The notes beneath the pieces are model-generated. The model made no database searches and had not been told where the DNA came from. It saw only the letters and a program-made list of their open reading frames with translations. The translations under genes and the position numbers were made by a program. Shown here one piece after another: positions 12,533 to 23,039 of a stretch of DNA of 64,000 bases. How positions within the stretch are numbered: position 1 is the stretch's first letter; each line of letters starts with the position of its first letter. Origin of the DNA: Candidatus Hydrogenedentota bacterium (GTDB lineage Bacteria > Hydrogenedentota > Hydrogenedentia > Hydrogenedentales > SLHB01); NCBI GenBank assembly GCA_963745075.1, contig CAVUWV010000036.1, forward strand, positions 320,001-384,000, written 5' to 3'.

Positions 12533-15500
12533 TTAAAAGGTTGCATTCAAACCAACAACAAAACTTCTGGTAAGGATTGAAGAAGTTGAAGGTGAATTAG
12601 TAATGGTAGACGGAGCATTAACATCCGGATTAATAAATTTTGTTTTTGTATACAGGTATGGATTCAATACCTGAGTATAAATCTTCAGATTACTTAGCTT
12701 CATTTTATTCACTAAAGTTTCTGGCAGCGTATAACCCAGGGAAATATATTTAACTGCAATAAAAGATCCATCCTGATAATTCATAGAACTCCAGAAGACT
12801 GGCTGTCCACCATTACCATAATCAGCTTTTGGATAGGCATTTGTAGGGTTATGTACTGTCCAATAATCAACTTTACGGGATGCATATCGTCCCTGCATAT
12901 CTGGTGCGTTTACATAAATGGTCTGACCCCACCTGGCGTAAACGAAGAATGACAACTCAATTCCCTTATAATTAAAAGTGTTGGTTATTCCTCCAGTCCA
13001 TTTTGGATTAATTGTACCCACAATCTCTCTGTCATTATTTGCATCAATGATACTATCACCATTAAGATCAGCAACTCTGACATCACCAGCCTCATAATCA
13101 GCTTTACCCAGTTCATTATATCTTTTTCTAAGAGTACTGTCAGCTATCTGCCAGATACCTGTTTTTCGGTAATCATAATAAATATTTACAGGCTGACCGA
13201 TAAACCATGAATTAGAGACCATATCCTCTTTCCCGTTTTGCAATTCAACTATTTCTTCCTTATTTGTTGAGAAAGAAAAATTTGTAGTCCACTTAAAATT
13301 TGGCCTGCTTAAGTTAACTGTTGACAGCACTATCTCAAAACCTCTGTTTTGAGTTTTTCCTATGTTTGTATATACACTTGTGGCTCCGTCAATTGTAGGG
13401 ATACTCATTGGCATCAGCAAATCGTGAGTATTTGCATGATAATAATCGAATGAACCTGTTACCCGATTTGCAAATAATCCCAAATCAAAACCAAGATTCC
13501 ACTGAGTTGTCTTCTCCCATTTCAGATTTTCATTACCCAACACACCCTGTGCGTCAGAGGCTCCCTTGGGATCACCAACTATATAACCATTAACCACAGT
13601 GCTTCCAAAAACATATGGCATATAAACCAGTCCTCCCAGGGTTGAATATGGGCTAATTGCAGCATTACCTGTGGTACCCAGCCCAAATCTGGGCTTAAGT
13701 TCATTAAGCCAGTTAACTCCCTGAAGGAAAGCTTCATCCTGCATTTTCCATGCCAAGGCAAATGAGGGGAAAAAGTCCCATTTATTACCGGGAGCCAATA
13801 CGGATGATCCATCCCAGCGACCGGATACTGTCAGAAGATATTTATCCATTAAAGTATAATTGATCCGCCCCATGTAAGACATAAGGGTTTGTTTTGTATA
13901 CCCTGATCCATAACCATTCAATGCCCCATTTGTAGTTGAACCAAGATTATACCACAACTGACTGTCATAGGGAAGTTTAATTGCATTCATATTTGACGAT
14001 TCATTATGGTTCATTGAAGAACTTTGAAGCAAAGTAACCCCAAGCGTGTGGTTGCCAAAACTTTTATCATAATACAACAAATTGTCAAGTGTATAAGCGA
14101 AGTACTGCGACTGTTCAAGAGCTGCATAGTTACTGGATGATGGTGAATTTCCGCCACGAAGTGAAGACTGAGCTGACTGGAATTGACCTCGCCTGTAATT
14201 TCTGAAGTCAGGGCCAAAATTTACATGATAGCGCAAGCCATCAAAAAACTTGATTTCAGCATAGAAATTTCCCAGTGCGCGTAGATTTGTGCGTTCGTCA
14301 GTAACATAGTTGTAATCAAGAATTGGATTAACAATATTCAGGTCTCCACCCGGGGTATAAATAAAATTGCCCTCAGCATCATAAGGTACCGCAAATGGCA
14401 ACATTCCTTTGGCAGCATCATATAATCTTCTGGCTCCGCGGGAACCCCCGGCAGAAAAACCATAATTCTGTACTGACCATGTTCCGGTAAAGGCGCCACC
14501 AAATGTAAACCAATCCGTTGGATTAGCTTCCAGGTTGATTTTCCCTGTATACCGTTTATAATCTTCTCCCTTATTAGTACCCAATTGATTAAGGTATCCG
14601 GCTGAAATATAGGTCTTAATCTTTTCGGTTCCCATGCTTGCACTCAGGGTATGATCCTGGGTAATCCCTGTACGGGTAACATAGCCTGTCCAATCAGTGG
14701 TTTTTAATTGAGAAGGATCATAGACCCCAGCCGACCATGCATTTGCTATTGTAGCCCATGCCGAAGGATCCTGGCCAAATATCAGCTGATCCATAGCCAT
14801 GGTTGGATTATCCGGATCAATAGTTACATTGCTAACTACCATTCCCCGGTATGCTTCACGCCTGTATTTTACATATTCAGCAGAGTTAAAATTCTCTGAA
14901 AGATCATTAATTTTATCGAAGGTAACAGAAGTATTGTAATTAATCTGTGCCTTTCCGGCTTTTCCTCTTTTAGTAGTAATTAGTATTACTCCGTTTGCTG
15001 CCCGGGATCCATAAATAGCTGCTGCTGAAGCATCTTTTAAGATATCCACAGATTCGATGTCCTGCGGATTAACAGCTTCTATCCCCCCGGAGGCAAGAGG
15101 AATTCCATCTACAACATACAAAGGTTCGTTGGTGGCTAAAAGAGAACGGTTACCACGGATACGGATTGAACCCATTTCTCCCGGACGAGCATTTGATGTT
15201 ATATCCACTCCTGCAGCGCGCCCCTGCAAAGCCTGCATGGTATTCTGAACAGGTGATTCCTGAATTTCCTGAGCTCCAATACGAGCTACAGATCCTGTTA
15301 AATCACTTTTCTTAACAGTCCCGTAACCAACAACAATGACTTCATCAAGTTTTTGAATATCCGGAACCAGCTGTGTGTTTACCACTGCCTGGCCAGTAAA
15401 TACAATCCTTTCAGTAACATATCCCACATAGGAATACACCAGCGTAACTCCAGTCTGAGGTACCATAATGGAATATTTGCCATCCAAATCTGAAATAACC

Positions 15501-16000
15501 CCGGTAGTTGTCCCTTCTATAGAAATATTTACACCAGGAAGTGGCTCTCTTGTGTTGGCATCGGTAACTATTCCGCTCACCTTATATTGTTGCTGTTGGG
15601 CAAAATTTTTACCAACCGCCATAGATGGGTCAGATGGTTTATAAATCAGAATATGTCTGTCTTTAATTTCGTAAGCTACATCCTGATTTTTAAGAGCAGA
15701 GTCAAGAATTTTGTCAATGGTCTGATTGCGTGCAATTACAGTTACACGCTGATTATCATTCAACTCATTATTATTGTACCAGAAAGAAAAGTCGCTTTGC
15801 TTTTTAATTTCTGTCAGTACATCCTTAATGGTTGCATTTTCCAGATCCAGATTGAGTTTGGTATCTTGGGAATAGGTATTAGCCGCTGAAAGACCCAGGG
15901 TACTAACTAGAAAAAGTATGGCTGTTAGCTTCATGACAGTTAGTAGTTTTTTTAGGGGGAAAAAGGGCTCATTTCCACCACTTAATAAAAATTTTATCAT
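12533..16000 (-). CDS. susC: SusC/RagA TonB-dependent transporter with STN domain
   Basis: STN-like segment (KLNLDLENATIKDVLTEIKKQSDFSF); LDEVIVVGYG; KDASAAAIYGSRAANGVILITTK; C-terminal NATF. The likely start is ATG 16000 (MIKFLL...), not 16081. Confidence 0.95.
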   Translation of the reverse strand: MIKFLLSGGNEPFFPLKKLLTVMKLTAILFLVSTLGLSAANTYSQDTKLNLDLENATIKDVLTEIKKQSDFSFWYNNNELNDNQRVTVIARNQTIDKILDSALKNQDVAYEIKDRHILIYKPSDPSMAVGKNFAQQQQYKVSGIVTDANTREPLPGVNISIEGTTTGVISDLDGKYSIMVPQTGVTLVYSYVGYVTERIVFTGQAVVNTQLVPDIQKLDEVIVVGYGTVKKSDLTGSVARIGAQEIQESPVQNTMQALQGRAAGVDITSNARPGEMGSIRIRGNRSLLATNEPLYVVDGIPLASGGIEAVNPQDIESVDILKDASAAAIYGSRAANGVILITTKRGKAGKAQINYNTSVTFDKINDLSENFNSAEYVKYRREAYRGMVVSNVTIDPDNPTMAMDQLIFGQDPSAWATIANAWSAGVYDPSQLKTTDWTGYVTRTGITQDHTLSASMGTEKIKTYISAGYLNQLGTNKGEDYKRYTGKINLEANPTDWFTFGGAFTGTWSVQNYGFSAGGSRGARRLYDAAKGMLPFAVPYDAEGNFIYTPGGDLNIVNPILDYNYVTDERTNLRALGNFYAEIKFFDGLRYHVNFGPDFRNYRRGQFQSAQSSLRGGNSPSSSNYAALEQSQYFAYTLDNLLYYDKSFGNHTLGVTLLQSSSMNHNESSNMNAIKLPYDSQLWYNLGSTTNGALNGYGSGYTKQTLMSYMGRINYTLMDKYLLTVSGRWDGSSVLAPGNKWDFFPSFALAWKMQDEAFLQGVNWLNELKPRFGLGTTGNAAISPYSTLGGLVYMPYVFGSTVVNGYIVGDPKGASDAQGVLGNENLKWEKTTQWNLGFDLGLFANRVTGSFDYYHANTHDLLMPMSIPTIDGATSVYTNIGKTQNRGFEIVLSTVNLSRPNFKWTTNFSFSTNKEEIVELQNGKEDMVSNSWFIGQPVNIYYDYRKTGIWQIADSTLRKRYNELGKADYEAGDVRVADLNGDSIIDANNDREIVGTINPKWTGGITNTFNYKGIELSFFVYARWGQTIYVNAPDMQGRYASRKVDYWTVHNPTNAYPKADYGNGGQPVFWSSMNYQDGSFIAVKYISLGYTLPETLVNKMKLSNLKIYTQVLNPYLYTKTKFINPDVNAPSTITNSPSTSSILTRSFVVGLNATF

Positions 16001-16097
16001 ACCTTTACAATGGTTTTGGTTAAATAATTTTTGTAGTTTATTGAAAGCCGAAACTTGCTGAATCGGGAAATGTAGCAGCATTTTCCGATTCTCTTTT
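16000..16097 (+). ncRNA. Putative cis-antisense sRNA in the second susC leader (DonS-like)
   Basis: TACCTTTA (a -7 box variant) at 16000-16007 overlaps the susC ATG complement. Hairpin GAATCGGGAAATG-tagcag-CATTTTCCGATTC at 16060-16091 is followed by TCTTTT. Confidence 0.45.
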
Positions 16098-16162
16098 AGT
16101 TAAGAAGTATTTTCCATAACATCATGAGTTTATTAGGTTTTACATTCAATTTTTAGTATTCA

Positions 16163-17155
16163 CTATTTTTTAAATATTTTTATAGTATCCTGGCTATTAA
16201 TGTAATTGAAATCATGATGCCTTTTCATTATATCGAGCACATGACTGATTTCATCAGTTGCATTAAAAATCCCCGTAAACACCTCTTTTTTAAGTGTATC
16301 TGACTGAATTACAATATTAACATTGTATATTCGTTGTAACTCATTAGTTATAAACTGAAAGGTTCTACCATCAAAATAAAGCTGCCCCTGCCTCCAACTG
16401 GCATACAAGACGGCATCAACTTTCATTACTGACGATTTTCCGGATGGTTTATCCTGGAGGTATTGCTGATTAGGATTCATGATCCTACCTGCATTTTTTA
16501 AGGATGATAAATCGTTGCTTAAAATACTAATACTACCTTCAAGCAAAGTGGTTGAAAGTATTGATTCTTCATTATAATTTCTGACATTAAAGTGAGTGCC
16601 CAATACTTTAATTTTTATGTCTCCGGTTGAGACAATAAATGGATGCCTTTTATCATGTTCTACTTCAAAATACCCCTCACCAGAGAGTAATACCTCTCTG
16701 GTTTTACCCGAAAATTTAGCCGGGTATGATAGTGTTGAACCCGAATTCAATGTAACATGCGTACTATCAGGTAATAAAACTTCAGTTTTAATACCCCTTG
16801 GGGTAGTGGTTGCAATTAAAGGTGTATTCTTATTTGTAATAAGTCCCATAAACAGCCATGTACCGGCAAGAATAAACAGTGTAAGTGAAGCAGCAGCCGT
16901 ATATTGCCAGAAACGGACTTTCCTTCTCTGTTTTGCTGATTCAATTCTCTGTTGAATATTTTTTAAAATTTTTCCATGGCTTGCATTTTGTTTTGCAAGG
17001 TCAGTTTTATAACTAATATGAGTTAAAATATTATATGCTTCGGCTGCCTTATCATTATTCCTGATCCATGTGTTAAAAACCTCTTTTTCACGATTTGTTG
17101 CTGTGCCATCAAGCACGTTTGCAATCACATTCCAGATATCTTTCTCTTCATCCAT
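16163..17155 (-). CDS. FecR-family anti-sigma factor
   Basis: TM helix; LPDSTHVTLNSGS and REVLLSGEGYFEV motifs; probable start MDEEKD at 17155. Confidence 0.92.
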   Translation of the reverse strand: MDEEKDIWNVIANVLDGTATNREKEVFNTWIRNNDKAAEAYNILTHISYKTDLAKQNASHGKILKNIQQRIESAKQRRKVRFWQYTAAASLTLFILAGTWLFMGLITNKNTPLIATTTPRGIKTEVLLPDSTHVTLNSGSTLSYPAKFSGKTREVLLSGEGYFEVEHDKRHPFIVSTGDIKIKVLGTHFNVRNYNEESILSTTLLEGSISILSNDLSSLKNAGRIMNPNQQYLQDKPSGKSSVMKVDAVLYASWRQGQLYFDGRTFQFITNELQRIYNVNIVIQSDTLKKEVFTGIFNATDEISHVLDIMKRHHDFNYINSQDTIKIFKK

Positions 17156-17317
17156 AAAAAATTCATCTTGGTTATATTTTATAAGAGTATCCAAAATGAA
17201 AAGACATCTAAACACATTTCAAAAAAAAGGGAAAAAATAGAGAAATGGGATCTGTAATTTATTTTTAGAGTAATATTCAGGCAGGTATCTTAGACATGTC
17301 CCATAATTTGGTTAACC

Positions 17318-17887
17318 CTATAATAATACAGCAGCAATATATTCGTTTATGATTTTTCCAAGTTTCTTAAGGGCAATAACCATCTGAGCATTTACCGTTT
17401 TTTCTGATATGGAAAGAATTCTGGCAATTTCTTTATATTTTAAACCCTCTTCTCGGGCCATCAAAAAAATAATTCTACATTTGTCCGGTAAGGAGGATAT
17501 TGAATTTTGGATCTTTACTTCCAATTCTTTATTTAAGACAATTTCTTCCGGCGTCTGATTATCTATATGAATAGAACCAGAAACCTCATAAATTTCAATA
17601 TTGTTGTTTTCGTAATTTTTCAGCTTAATATAGTAAAGCGACCTGTTTCTGGTTGAAGAGTACAAGTAAGCTTCGATATTTTCTACAGTCAACAAATGTT
17701 TGCGGCTTTTCCAAACATTGAAAAAAACATCTGACACAATTTCCTGAATTAATTCATCATTTGAAATGAAATAGGTTGTGAAGCGATAAATTGTATCATA
17801 ATATATTTCATAAAATTCAACGAAAGCCTTTTCGTCATCCCGGGCAATCCTATGAATCAAATGCTTAATATTTAAAGAGCCATGCAT
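17318..17887 (-). CDS. ECF RNA polymerase sigma-70 factor
   Basis: QEIVSDVFFNVW and GLKYKEIARILSISEKTVNAQM motifs; directly upstream of FecR. Confidence 0.93.
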   Translation of the reverse strand: MHGSLNIKHLIHRIARDDEKAFVEFYEIYYDTIYRFTTYFISNDELIQEIVSDVFFNVWKSRKHLLTVENIEAYLYSSTRNRSLYYIKLKNYENNNIEIYEVSGSIHIDNQTPEEIVLNKELEVKIQNSISSLPDKCRIIFLMAREEGLKYKEIARILSISEKTVNAQMVIALKKLGKIINEYIAAVLL

Positions 17888-18369
17888 CAGTAATTGAAGT
17901 TGTAAATAATGATCAAAATGATTTAAACTAATTTTAAATTTTTCCTTTAAGTCTCTCCATATAAAGGCAGAAGTAAACTCATATTCAATCCAGGATCAAT
18001 CCCATTTTCTGCAAATACATCTTGCAAGTTATAATATTTATGCTAATCCGGCAATGAAGATCCGGGTAAAATTTTATAAACATATCAAACAATTGTCTGG
18101 CCATGTAAATAACTTCTGCAAATCATGCATGAAATAAAACAGAATCCCTTTATAATGAAAATTATATCCTGACTCTACTATATACAGTATCTTTTAAATT
18201 TTTACACACTATTTTGAATATTATCAATTACTATTTACTTAAAGGGGGAATGTTTTTCAATTTATATTTAATTTAGACCAAATAAGATATTAACAGATCT
18301 CTATATTTTATACCTTTATGTTCATCCCTGAACATCTTTTCATTTTTCAATATTAAAATTTTCATCACT

Positions 18370-19653
18370 ATGAGATTTATAACCTATAACTCAAAAAACT
18401 TCAAAAACATTGAATATATCCGGCATTTGCCGGAAGATGTAAAGAAGGAGATTGAGCTTGTTTCGAGTGTTATTCCGTTTAAAACCAATAATTATGTTGT
18501 GGATTACCTGATCGACTGGGAAAACTACCGCAATGACCCTGTATATATATTGAATTTCCCCAACCGCACCATGCTGAAAGAAGATCAGTTTGACCGTCTC
18601 AGACGAGTGAAAAACGAGTCTCACTCAGATGCGGAGATCATGAAAGTGATCAACGGCATCAGAATGGAAATGAACCCGCATCCTGCACAGCAAATGACAA
18701 ATGTACCAACCCTGGATGGTGAAGAGCTAAAAGGTGTTCAGCATAAGTACAGGGATATTGTACTCTTCTTTCCCAGTCAGGGACAAACCTGCCATGCACA
18801 CTGCACTTTTTGTTTCCGATGGCCACAGTTTGTAAAGGACCTGGATTTGAAGTTCTCCATGCGCGAAATAGATAAAGTAGCTGAATACATCCGCAGACAT
18901 GAAGAAGTGAATGAGATTCTGTTTACTGGTGGAGACCCCATGATCATGAGCCCGGCTACACTCTCCAAATACATTGATGTACTGCTGTCTTCAAATCTTA
19001 AAAATCTTAAAAACATCCGTTTTGGAACCAAGTCTCTCACTTACTGGCCTTTTACCTTCCTCCCCGAACATAATGAAGAAGGACAGGCAATGCTGGATCT
19101 TTTCAGGAAAATTACCGACAGCGGTCTGCATCTGGCATTTATGGCGCATTTTAATCATCCCAATGAGCTGAATAATGAAGTGGTTCAACAGGCCATATAT
19201 AATATACGCCAGACCGGTGCCGAGATCCGGACCCAGGCGCCTATTCTGAATAACATTAACAACAACAGCAGAACCTGGTCAGAAATGTGGAAGAAACAGG
19301 TAAGTCTGGGCATGATCCCCTATTATATGTTTATTGAACGGGAGACCGGCCCGTATGATTATTTCAAACTTCCACTGGCAGAAGTATACCACACCTATCA
19401 ACGGGCCATCAAAGAGACAGGGAGCTTTGCCAAAACAATTACCGGTCCGGTTATGTCAGCAGCAAAAGGTAAAGTACACATTATGGGAGTAGTTAATAAC
19501 CCTGCTGACAGTCAAAAATATTTTATGATGCAATATGTTCGTCACCGGGATTACCGGGAAACCTATAAACCATTTTTCACAGAATATAACGAGCATGCAA
19601 CCTGGATCAATCAGCTTAAGCGTATTGAAACGAGGGAAATGAGCGTTAATTGA
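18370..19653 (+). CDS. KamA-family radical SAM enzyme (amino-acid 2,3-aminomutase-like)
   Basis: HKY...FFPSQGQTCHAHCTFCFRWPQF contains the CX3CX2C motif; also ILFTGGDPM, HFNHPNEL, IPYYMF and GPVMSAAKGKV (candidate PLP lysine). Confidence 0.88.
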   Translation: MRFITYNSKNFKNIEYIRHLPEDVKKEIELVSSVIPFKTNNYVVDYLIDWENYRNDPVYILNFPNRTMLKEDQFDRLRRVKNESHSDAEIMKVINGIRMEMNPHPAQQMTNVPTLDGEELKGVQHKYRDIVLFFPSQGQTCHAHCTFCFRWPQFVKDLDLKFSMREIDKVAEYIRRHEEVNEILFTGGDPMIMSPATLSKYIDVLLSSNLKNLKNIRFGTKSLTYWPFTFLPEHNEEGQAMLDLFRKITDSGLHLAFMAHFNHPNELNNEVVQQAIYNIRQTGAEIRTQAPILNNINNNSRTWSEMWKKQVSLGMIPYYMFIERETGPYDYFKLPLAEVYHTYQRAIKETGSFAKTITGPVMSAAKGKVHIMGVVNNPADSQKYFMMQYVRHRDYRETYKPFFTEYNEHATWINQLKRIETREMSVN

Positions 19654-19739
19654 TTTTTAAAAAATAAGTCATACAATTTTTTACCTGCTATTTCACGGTA
19701 TACCCGGATTAGTCAGGATTAAAAAAAGCAAAAACAAAC

Positions 19740-21458
19740 ATGAAAGATTCATACATACCATTTAACAAAACAACCGAAGAAAATGCACCCAATGCTGAAA
19801 ATGTATCCACAGACCAGCAACAAGTGAAAAAACAAAACAATGAAAATATTCTGTACATTTTGTACGGAAGCCGCACAGGCAACTCAAAAGCAGCCGCCAT
19901 ACTGGCCAGAGATTATGCCCGTTACCTGGGACTGGAGAGTTATCTGCTTGATATGAAAACCATTGACCCTCAAGACCTGCAACATATCCGCAACCTGCTC
20001 ATAGCTGTAAGCACACATGGAGAAGGTGATCCGCCGGCAGTAGTTGAAAACTTTTATAAATATATACACTCTCCTTCAGCTCCGTCAATGGAAGGCGCAC
20101 GTTTTAGTTTACTGGCCCTTGGTGACAGCAGTTATCGCGATTTCTGCAAAACAGGCCGGGATTTTCAGCGCCGGCTGAAACTACTCGGAGCCAAAGAGAT
20201 CAGTCCGCTGGTTTCCTGTGATATCGATTATGAAGAAAATGCAAAAAAATGGGTTGAAGAAGCGGTAGCTTCCTTTGCTGAAATACTTCCTGCAAAAGAA
20301 CAAAAGAAAGGTAAGCCATTTGCATTCGAAATCAATAAGAATGAGGCCGGATTTGAAAATGCATATTATGCAAAAGTACTGAGTAAGAAATACCTTACCC
20401 GTCCTGGTGTTGGCAAACGTACCCTGCATCTCGAACTGGCTATTGATAATTTTGATACACCTTTCGAGCCGGGCGATTCTTTTGGCGTTTATCTCTCTAA
20501 TTCACGATTATTGGTTGATAAGCTTTTGAAAGTCCTGGGTTTTGACGGCACTCACACCATTGAGGCTCCGTCAGGAAAAAAAATGCTGAAAGAAGCCCTG
20601 ATAAATGACTTTGAAATTACCATGCTTACGCCACTCATAGTACGAAAATATGCGCAGCTTTCCGGCCATCCCAATATTACAGAACTTACAAGAAACGTGA
20701 CAGCGTTGCAGGAATATGTACTTTCACACGATATACTTGACCTGGTGACTGATTATCCGGCTAGTTTCACACCTGAAGAATTTATTAATATTTTACGTAA
20801 ACTCAATCCCCGGATCTATTCGGTTGCATCAAGTCCCTCCCTGAAACAGGGTGAATTGCATTTTACGATTGGCCTGGTTGAATACAACATAAATCAACGA
20901 AATCATATTGGTGTCGGTTCAGCATTTTTTGCTGACAGAGTTGAAGAAGGAGATTCAATACCTGTTTACCTGGAATCAAATCCAAAGTTCAGGTTACCTG
21001 AAGACACTGATACTCCGGTAATCATGATCGGAACAGGCACCGGTATTGCACCTTTCAGGGCCTTTTTGCAGGAACGTAAATATCAGGGGGCAAAGGGTGA
21101 TAACTGGTTATTCTTTGGCGACAGAAATGCTGAAAATGACTATTTATACCGGGATGAGCTGGAAGACTTTTTCAACTCCGGATTACTTACCAAACTAAAT
21201 ACAGCATTCTCCCGTGATCAGCAGGAAAAAATTTATGTACAACATCGCATGCTTGAAAATTCCGCAGCACTGTTCAGCTGGATATTCAAACGCAATGCAA
21301 CGGTTTATCTCTGCGGAAACAAGCGAACCATGGGAAAAAGTGTGCGTGAAACAATGAAGGAGATCCTTATTAAAGAAGGTAATTTTACGCCTGAAGTAGC
21401 GACTGCTTACCTGAAGAAAATGAAAAATGAGAAACGGCTGCAGGCCGATTTGTATTAA
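19740..21458 (+). CDS. CysJ-like diflavin NADPH oxidoreductase (flavodoxin + FAD + NADPH domains)
   Basis: YGSRTGNS, STHGEGDPP and LGDSSYRDFC (FMN); RIYSVASS (FAD); GTGTGIAPFRAF, LFFGDR, AFSRD and YLCG (NADPH). Confidence 0.9.
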   Translation: MKDSYIPFNKTTEENAPNAENVSTDQQQVKKQNNENILYILYGSRTGNSKAAAILARDYARYLGLESYLLDMKTIDPQDLQHIRNLLIAVSTHGEGDPPAVVENFYKYIHSPSAPSMEGARFSLLALGDSSYRDFCKTGRDFQRRLKLLGAKEISPLVSCDIDYEENAKKWVEEAVASFAEILPAKEQKKGKPFAFEINKNEAGFENAYYAKVLSKKYLTRPGVGKRTLHLELAIDNFDTPFEPGDSFGVYLSNSRLLVDKLLKVLGFDGTHTIEAPSGKKMLKEALINDFEITMLTPLIVRKYAQLSGHPNITELTRNVTALQEYVLSHDILDLVTDYPASFTPEEFINILRKLNPRIYSVASSPSLKQGELHFTIGLVEYNINQRNHIGVGSAFFADRVEEGDSIPVYLESNPKFRLPEDTDTPVIMIGTGTGIAPFRAFLQERKYQGAKGDNWLFFGDRNAENDYLYRDELEDFFNSGLLTKLNTAFSRDQQEKIYVQHRMLENSAALFSWIFKRNATVYLCGNKRTMGKSVRETMKEILIKEGNFTPEVATAYLKKMKNEKRLQADLY

Positions 21459-21692
21459 TTCCTTACTTTCAAAAATGAAAACCAGACTACCGGAAAACAT
21501 AAAATTTGCTGTAAAATTCGCGCACAAGTAGAAGAGCGTACCCCATTCTGACATTTGATCGCTGGCTTTGCTGAGTAATCCCTGGACCGGACTAACACCG
21601 GAAGTTATTCTTCTTTACCTGGGAGATTGCTCACATCATCAAATTTTCCATAGTCCAGTATTTGGAATAATTAAGATATTCCAGGAACCAGC

Positions 21693-22871
21693 TTAATTGT
21701 TATTGTTAAAAGCTGAAAGATCCCATTCATCTTTCCATTCAATAACCGGTTTTTCATTTTCAAATTTTACAGGCAACCAGATATAACGGCCGTCAACAGG
21801 ATTTTTCGGCTTCCAGCGATCAGCCATAAAGATAAACGCATCATCAAAGCCTGCAACTGGCAATACATAAGTGCTCTGGGAATAAAAAGTAAGCTCGGCA
21901 TGTTCTCCAATACAGGGATTCCCCAGCTGTTTCCATGGGCCCCAAATGGAACCGGCAACAGCCACATCGGCAGCATTCGGATCCCAGCCTGTGCATCCGG
22001 AAGTAATCATATAATATTTCCCGTTTCGCTTGAAAACAGCAGGCGCTTCACGATGTCCTCCCGGAAAAACTCTTGTCCACCTTCCGGTAAACCCAGTATA
22101 ATCATCATTTAGTTCTGAGATATCCATGGTTAGATTTTCTTCCGAAGAATGAATATGATAAGCCTTTTCATCATCATCCACAAAAAGTGTCATGTCCCTG
22201 GACATCTGTCCTTTTCCAAAATCGCGACGCACGAATAAGCCTTCCTCAATGGCTTTCCTCCATTCGGGAGTCCACCATTTTAACTGTTCTTCATTAGCCT
22301 GTTTTTCGTTTTTTCCTGCATAATTAACAGGCCACTGACCAGCATTAGGCCGGAAGGATCTGATATAGGTATAGGGACCTGCAATTTTATCGCTAACAGC
22401 AACTCCTGTGCGGGCCGAACTGTAACCACTCCCTTTCAGTTCCAAATGAAACCACATCACAAATTTACCCGTCTTTTTGTTAAAAATTACTTTTGGACGT
22501 TCCATAACACAACCTCTTACAATTTCGGAAGTTGTATCAGACAGTGATGCCATAGCTATGCCTTCGTTTTTCCAATTGTACAGATCTTTGGAAGAATAAC
22601 ATCCTATCCCCACTTTTGCAGTGTTTCCGCCATGGCCTGAGGTTTTATGTTCCCCAAACCAGTAATAAGTATTATTGTAATACAAAATTCCACCACCATG
22701 TGCGTTAATGGCAACACTATCAGTATCGACCCATACTTTTCCTGGATTGAAACTTTTATTTTTACTTTCAATGTTACTGGTTTCTTCACTGTTTTTGCAT
22801 GAAACCAGTGACATTACCACTGCACTGCATATTCCTATCTCTTTCAGACTTATTGTTAAGAACTTACCCAT
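21693..22871 (-). CDS. GH43 glycoside hydrolase lipoprotein (subfamily 24-like, galactanase-type)
   Basis: Lipobox LVSC; INAHGGG, YYWFGE, MERPKV, SRDMTLFVDDD, REAPA, FMADRW motifs. Confidence 0.85.
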   Translation of the reverse strand: MGKFLTISLKEIGICSAVVMSLVSCKNSEETSNIESKNKSFNPGKVWVDTDSVAINAHGGGILYYNNTYYWFGEHKTSGHGGNTAKVGIGCYSSKDLYNWKNEGIAMASLSDTTSEIVRGCVMERPKVIFNKKTGKFVMWFHLELKGSGYSSARTGVAVSDKIAGPYTYIRSFRPNAGQWPVNYAGKNEKQANEEQLKWWTPEWRKAIEEGLFVRRDFGKGQMSRDMTLFVDDDEKAYHIHSSEENLTMDISELNDDYTGFTGRWTRVFPGGHREAPAVFKRNGKYYMITSGCTGWDPNAADVAVAGSIWGPWKQLGNPCIGEHAELTFYSQSTYVLPVAGFDDAFIFMADRWKPKNPVDGRYIWLPVKFENEKPVIEWKDEWDLSAFNNNN

Positions 22872-23039
22872 AATTATATTTTTCGATTCACCGTTGTCCT
22901 GTATAAATATTTAACCGGGTCAGACATTTCTCAATCTAACCCGCTATGTCGTCTGGTTTTGAATTTCCACCCAAGAAAGTTGACCCAAATAATAATTCAA
23001 ATTTCAATTCATTACAGTTATTCATCTCATTATTGATAA

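Noticed and set aside
17888..18369. Riboswitch or ncRNA upstream of the radical SAM gene
   Set aside because: An AT-rich divergent promoter region with no recognisable aptamer or strong structure by eye; an Rfam scan would be needed to exclude one.
19740..21458. Assimilatory sulfite reduction operon
   Set aside because: No cysI, cysH or cysDN is adjacent; only the flavoprotein fold is supported.
21476..21690. Precursor peptide for the radical SAM enzyme (RiPP)
   Set aside because: Only an 18-codon ORF with no recognisable features; the enzyme is KamA-like and lacks SPASM/RRE features.
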